This document shows, one piece after another, positions 59,561-64,000 of a stretch of DNA of 64,000 nucleotides. The stretch's first letter is position 1; every line of letters begins with the position of its first letter. The position numbers and the translations under genes are program-made. The notes under the pieces are model-generated. The model did no database searches. It had not been told where the DNA came from and was given only the letters and a program-made list of their open reading frames with translations. The stretch spans positions 16,580-80,579 of the forward strand of contig CALAGQ010000047.1 of assembly GCA_937891765.1 (NCBI GenBank), given 5' to 3'. Source of the stretch: an uncultured Nitrospina sp. (GTDB taxonomy: Bacteria > Nitrospinota > Nitrospinia > Nitrospinales > VA-1).

Positions 59561-60214
59561 TCAAACAAAAAATACTAGAACGGAAATTAAACGTGGGTAG
59601 TGAAACACGATTAAAATTTCTGCAATAGTGAAACCTGCATGCACCAGAATCGGAGCTATTATTGAGCCTGTAGCTCTTAATAATCCCGCCGATATCATCC
59701 CCAGAAACAAATTCCCTAAACTTGCTTTGAAATGGAACAGGCTGTATAGCAAGCCACCAGCAATAATAACTTGTCCTGTATGTTGTTTCTTAAGTAAATT
59801 ATTGACAACCAGACCCATCACGAACACCTGATCGAGAAAGGGAACGATGAGGGCGGTGAAAATGTTTCCAGTGATAGAGTTGTTGAATCCCGTTTCCTCG
59901 GGAACTCTTAAGTCCGCTCCCGCGAACAATTCTGCTTGTGATAACCCTGCCTTGACCAGTAAGCCGTCCAATAAGATCACACCAATAACAGGAAGCGTTC
60001 CCAATAGAGCGCCTATTGCGATTGTTTTGCCGCCATTGTTAAAGCCTAGTTGTTGCAGGGACACGCGATTTAAGGCAAGAACGAGTGCCAGGGCCGCGGT
60101 AAAATAAAAGATGTACCAGAACTCATAAATAAATGGGTTGCCTGAAAAAGCCAGATGGACCGCTGGGGAAAAAAGCAGAAAATAGAGGACTAAAATGGGA
60201 GTGAGAATTTTCAC
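59561..60214 (-). CDS. CPBP (CAAX/Abi) family membrane protein with degenerate active site
   Basis: LGF motif, PFLDQVFVMG, LYSLFH, TGSIIAPILVH. Confidence 0.7.
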   Translation of the reverse strand: MKILTPILVLYFLLFSPAVHLAFSGNPFIYEFWYIFYFTAALALVLALNRVSLQQLGFNNGGKTIAIGALLGTLPVIGVILLDGLLVKAGLSQAELFAGADLRVPEETGFNNSITGNIFTALIVPFLDQVFVMGLVVNNLLKKQHTGQVIIAGGLLYSLFHFKASLGNLFLGMISAGLLRATGSIIAPILVHAGFTIAEILIVFHYPRLISVLVFFV

Positions 60215-60260
60215 GCTATAAGGTCAATATTTGAGATTTGGGCGGCTCAGGATTCGAGGG

Positions 60261-60512
60261 TCAGAATTTCTTTTTTGGCTGGGGTTTTGCTGGTTTAGCC
60301 AGACCGGAAATATGCACTGAAGATGCTGTTTCCGACATTTGACCGCTGATATGTTTTTCCGGATTGAGCGGGGTGGCTAAGCCAGAGATATGGATGGAAT
60401 TCTTATTATCCTCAGAATAAAGCTCATCCTGCAAAAGCGCGGCATTGAGATAGAACCCCCCGAATATGAGGGCGGAAAGTATGCAGGACTCAAGAAATAC
60501 GTTTTTCCACAT
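60261..60512 (-). CDS. Small membrane-anchored protein with three HISG repeats
   Basis: N-terminal TM; IHISGLATP, KHISGQ, VHISGLAKP. Confidence 0.65.
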   Translation of the reverse strand: MWKNVFLESCILSALIFGGFYLNAALLQDELYSEDNKNSIHISGLATPLNPEKHISGQMSETASSVHISGLAKPAKPQPKKKF

Positions 60513-60596
60513 AACAGGCTGGTTAAATTGGTGATATACCCCTTATATCTTAAAATGTTTTACCGGCAATTACAACTTAATAGCCAACCTGTCTGG

Positions 60597-60625
60597 TTGA
60601 CAAAACCTGTTTCTTTATTTAGTAT
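60597..60625 (+). promoter_or_regulatory. sigma70 promoter of rpiB-glyA-nrdR
   Basis: TTGACA-N17-TAGTAT. Confidence 0.6.
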
Positions 60626-60727
60626 CGCGTTTGAGTTAAACTATCCGTAGCCTCCCACCCAGGCGACTATTTCATCATTCAGCATTCTCCTCAATGTAGA
60701 TAGGGCAATATTTAACCGGAAAATATC

Positions 60728-61192
60728 ATGAAAAAAATTGCTATAGCTTCCGATCATGGCGGATTCGACCTTAAGGAAAGTGTCATCGCCCATCTGTTAA
60801 ATACCGGTTGGGAAGTGGATGACCTCGGCCCGCATAACGAGGAGTCTGTGGATTATCCCGACTACGGCATTAAGCTTGCCGAAGCGGTGGCGGAGAAAAA
60901 AGTGCAACGCGGGATCGTGATCTGCGGCACGGGAATCGGCATGTCCATTGTGGTCAACCGTTATCCGGGAATTCGTGGAACGCTGTGTTCAGACCTGTTC
61001 ACCGCTAAATTATGCCGCGAGCACAATGACTCAAATATCCTGATCATGGGGGGTAGGGTGATTGGTAAGGGGCTGGCCGCTGAAATTGTCAGTACTTGGC
61101 TCAACACGCCGTTTGAAGGGGGACGCCACCAAAGGCGGCTCGATAAAATCAATCAAATAGATGCTTCTATAAAATCCAAAGAAAATCTTTAA
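60728..61192 (+). CDS. rpiB: Ribose-5-phosphate isomerase B
   Basis: [35 protein letters not shown]. Confidence 0.97.
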   Translation: MKKIAIASDHGGFDLKESVIAHLLNTGWEVDDLGPHNEESVDYPDYGIKLAEAVAEKKVQRGIVICGTGIGMSIVVNRYPGIRGTLCSDLFTAKLCREHNDSNILIMGGRVIGKGLAAEIVSTWLNTPFEGGRHQRRLDKINQIDASIKSKENL

Positions 61193-61211
61193 TCCTAAGG
61201 AGATATTCAAA

Positions 61212-62459
61212 TTGTCACTTGCCGATTTTGATCCGGAGATCGCTCAATCCATTAAAGATGAAACCGAGCGGGAAAATAATACCCTCGAGATGATCGCCTC
61301 TGAAAATTTTGTGAGCCCTGAAGTGCAGGAAGCTCAAGGCTCGGTCATGACTAATAAATATGCCGAAGGCTACCCAGGCAAACGTTATTACGGCGGCTGT
61401 GAGTTCGTGGATATCGCTGAAAACCTCGCCATTGAGCGAGCCAAAAAAATATTCTCTGCCGAGCACGCTAATGTCCAACCTCACTCGGGCTCGCAAGCCA
61501 ATATGGCGGTTTATCATACGGTCCTTCAGCCGGGAGATACGATCCTGGGAATGAACCTGTCCCACGGTGGGCACCTGACCCACGGTTGCCCGGTGAACTT
61601 TTCCGGCTATACCTATAACGTTGTGGCCTATGGTGTGAATCAGGAAACCGAGCAGATTGACTATGACGAGGTCCACAAACTGGCCGTCGAGAACAAACCC
61701 AAAATGATCATCGTGGGTGGTAGCGCCTACCCAAGAGTGATTGATGCTGTCAGGTTCAGGGAAATCGCCGATGAGGTCGGGGCAAAAATCATGACCGATA
61801 TCGCTCATCCGGCAGGACTGGTTGCGGCGGGGCTCTATCCCTCCCCAGTGCCTTATTCAGAGTTTGTCACCACCACCACACATAAAACTTTACGCGGTCC
61901 TCGTGGCGGAATGATTTTATGTAAGGAAGAATATGCCAAAGAGGTCAACAAAAAGATTTTTCCCGGTATTCAGGGCGGACCCCTCATGCACGTTATCGCT
62001 GCAAAGGCCGTGGCCTTTAAGGAAGCGCTGAGTGCAGATTTTGTCACCTACCAGAAGCAGGTGATTGCCAACGCACAATGTCTGGCACAATTTTTAATCG
62101 ACCAGGGCTATAAAATTGTCAGTGGTGGAACCGATACCCACCTGATGCTGGTCGATTTGCGTGCCCAGGATATAACCGGCAAAGATGCCGAAGCGGCACT
62201 CGAAAAAGCCGGGATCACGGTCAATAAGAACACCGTGCCTTTTGAGACCCGCAGTCCGTTTGTGACCTCCGGAATTCGCATCGGTACCCCGGCACTGACC
62301 ACGCGGGGAATGAAAGAAAATGAAATGCACATCATCGGAGGAATGATTGTCCAGACACTGGAAAAAGTTGAAGACGATAGTCTCCACGCCGAAACACGTA
62401 AAAAAGTTCGTGAACTCTGCGACCAATTCCCACTTCATCAGGAACTCACCAATAAGTAA
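61212..62459 (+). CDS. glyA: Serine hydroxymethyltransferase
   Basis: [42 protein letters not shown]. Confidence 0.98.
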   Translation: MSLADFDPEIAQSIKDETERENNTLEMIASENFVSPEVQEAQGSVMTNKYAEGYPGKRYYGGCEFVDIAENLAIERAKKIFSAEHANVQPHSGSQANMAVYHTVLQPGDTILGMNLSHGGHLTHGCPVNFSGYTYNVVAYGVNQETEQIDYDEVHKLAVENKPKMIIVGGSAYPRVIDAVRFREIADEVGAKIMTDIAHPAGLVAAGLYPSPVPYSEFVTTTTHKTLRGPRGGMILCKEEYAKEVNKKIFPGIQGGPLMHVIAAKAVAFKEALSADFVTYQKQVIANAQCLAQFLIDQGYKIVSGGTDTHLMLVDLRAQDITGKDAEAALEKAGITVNKNTVPFETRSPFVTSGIRIGTPALTTRGMKENEMHIIGGMIVQTLEKVEDDSLHAETRKKVRELCDQFPLHQELTNK

Positions 62460-62462
62460 ACT

Positions 62463-62945
62463 ATGAAATGTCCCGGTTGCTCCGGCATGGAAAATAAAGT
62501 CATCGATTCCCGCTTGAATAAGGAGGGGACTGTTATACGCAGGCGAAGAGAATGCCTGAGTTGCGCCGACAGGTTCACCACCTACGAGAAACTGGAACGG
62601 TCTTTACCCATGCTGATTAAAAAAGACGGTCGGCGGGAAGAATTTGACCGAGACAAGATCATTGATGGGGTCAAGAAAGCCTGCCAGAAAAGACCGGTCA
62701 GCGTCAAAGACATCGAAGAACTGGTAGACCGTGTTGAGCAATACCTGCAAGAGCTTGGCGAAAAAGAAGTCTCTGCCATGAAGGTCGGCGAAAAAGTCAT
62801 CAGCGAAATGTATAACCTGGATGACGTCGCCTACGTACGTTTTGCCTCTGTCTACCGTTCCTTCAAAGACGTGAACGAGTTCATGGTCGAACTGAAAGAA
62901 GTCCTCAAAAGCAAAGAAGGCAAAACCCCCGACCACCTGCAATAG
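62463..62945 (+). CDS. nrdR: Transcriptional repressor NrdR
   Basis: [29 protein letters not shown]-cone, [13 protein letters not shown]. Confidence 0.97.
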   Translation: MKCPGCSGMENKVIDSRLNKEGTVIRRRRECLSCADRFTTYEKLERSLPMLIKKDGRREEFDRDKIIDGVKKACQKRPVSVKDIEELVDRVEQYLQELGEKEVSAMKVGEKVISEMYNLDDVAYVRFASVYRSFKDVNEFMVELKEVLKSKEGKTPDHLQ

Positions 62946-63071
62946 CGGAGAACCTCTGCTTTTCCCAAAAAATCCAGCAAGAAATAATGCAGCTTTAAAT
63001 AGACTTTGCACATGAAGAAGACCTCTGCATTTTGACGCGGGATAATCTTAAGCAAAGATTTCAGAAATCAC

Positions 63072-64000
63072 TCAATCGAATTTATCAATGGAACCATCAC
63101 GGATTCCCATTTCGTAAGCTTTGGTCTCACGGAACAGAACCCCGCTTAAAAGAACCAGGCCGATAAGGTTGGGAACCGCCATCAAGGCGTTCATCGCGTC
63201 AGAAAAATTCCAGACCACTTCTAATTTTACTATGGAACCGATAAACACAAAAAGTACCCAGAGGTATCGGTAAAAATGAACCCATTTATCTCCAAAAAGG
63301 TATTCGAAACATTTTTCACCGTAATATTCCCAGGCTAAAATAGTTGAAAAAGCAAATGTGACCGCGCTCAGGGTTACAATAAAGTGACCCCAGTTTCCCG
63401 GCAGGCCCTCCGAAAAAGCCTGCAGAGTCAATGTCACCCCTGTTTCTCCCGAAACCCAAACCCCTGTAGAAGCTAACGCCAACGCGGTGAGTGAACAAAC
63501 AACCAAGGTATCCAGGAACGTTCCGCTCATAGAAACCAGCGCCTGTTTCGCCGGTTGATTGGTCTTTGCCGCCGCCGCTGCAATTGGAGCGCTTCCCATT
63601 CCAGACTCGTTTGAAAAAAGACCTCGTGCCACACCATAGCGGATTGTTCGAGCCAGGTTGGCTCCTATGAATCCCCCTGTAGCTGCTGTTCCGGTGAAGG
63701 CGTGCTCGAAGATTAACTTTATACCCACTCCCAATTGATCCAGATGAGAAAAGATAACTATCAAAGCGCCCACAAAATAGATAGCCACCATAAATGGAAC
63801 AAAATAGGAAGCGACATCGGCGATGCGTTTGATGCCTCCTATTATTACCATCCCGGTCAAAACGGACAATACAATCCCCACCAAAAATTTGCTCGTCCCC
63901 AGTGACTCAACGACTGCAGCAGCGGCGGTGTTGGCTTGAATCATATTGCCTATTCCAAAGGCCGCTAAGGCCCCAAAAATAGCAAAACATACACCAAGCC
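63072..64000 (-). CDS. Alanine/glycine:cation symporter (AGCS), 5' part outside window
   Basis: GGIKRIA, GVARGLFSNESGMGSAP, FLDTLVVC, FAFSTIL.W.YYGE, MAVPNLIG. Confidence 0.95.
   Translation of the reverse strand, partial: LGVCFAIFGALAAFGIGNMIQANTAAAAVVESLGTSKFLVGIVLSVLTGMVIIGGIKRIADVASYFVPFMVAIYFVGALIVIFSHLDQLGVGIKLIFEHAFTGTAATGGFIGANLARTIRYGVARGLFSNESGMGSAPIAAAAAKTNQPAKQALVSMSGTFLDTLVVCSLTALALASTGVWVSGETGVTLTLQAFSEGLPGNWGHFIVTLSAVTFAFSTILAWEYYGEKCFEYLFGDKWVHFYRYLWVLFVFIGSIVKLEVVWNFSDAMNALMAVPNLIGLVLLSGVLFRETKAYEMGIRDGSIDKFD

Noticed and set aside
60626..60727. ZMP/ZTP (pfl) or other riboswitch ahead of rpiB-glyA
   Set aside because: A cgcctggg-like string occurs only on the opposite strand and the other conserved elements are absent
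61215..61808. 197-aa antisense ORF, representative of many in the ORF track (also 28041-28592, 10740-11252, 48695-49168)
   Set aside because: Antisense to well-conserved genes, no motifs; expected from codon bias

Overview
A gene-dense bacterial chromosomal window made up mostly of core genes. The gene content (split cytochrome b6-type bc complex with an octaheme cytochrome c, several FGE-sulfatase and RNI-like LRR paralogues, a DUF507 pair, mitochondrial-type aconitase) suggests a Nitrospinota (Nitrospina-like) organism; this is inference, not a database result. Housekeeping genes: ftsH, folP, pdxJ, gap, tpiA, secG, metF, pgk, rne, ftsEX-envC-ctpA, tsaD, gpsA, aconitase, larB, larC, tatC, rpiB-glyA-nrdR and three tRNAs (Leu-GAG, Met-CAT, Gly-CCC). 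No CRISPR array, rRNA, transposase or integrase was seen. Main observations: (1) a secreted His/Cys-rich leader ORF ending in DPPPR whose last codons pair (17 bp) with the Shine-Dalgarno of a downstream outer-membrane barrel + TlpA pair, a candidate metal-sensing ribosome-stalling switch (55.2-57.4 kb); (2) a Cyc2-like cytochrome c-porin fusion (53-54.2 kb); (3) a Rieske/b6 complex with an APWY Qo motif, a stalked octaheme subunit, a possible detached micro-subunit and two catalytically degenerate neighbours; (4) an att-like copy of the tRNA-Met 3' end with compensatory T-stem changes; (5) a sigma28-like glycosyltransferase cluster; (6) a frameshifted molybdo-oxidoreductase; (7) small REP-like intergenic repeats and a structured rne leader.
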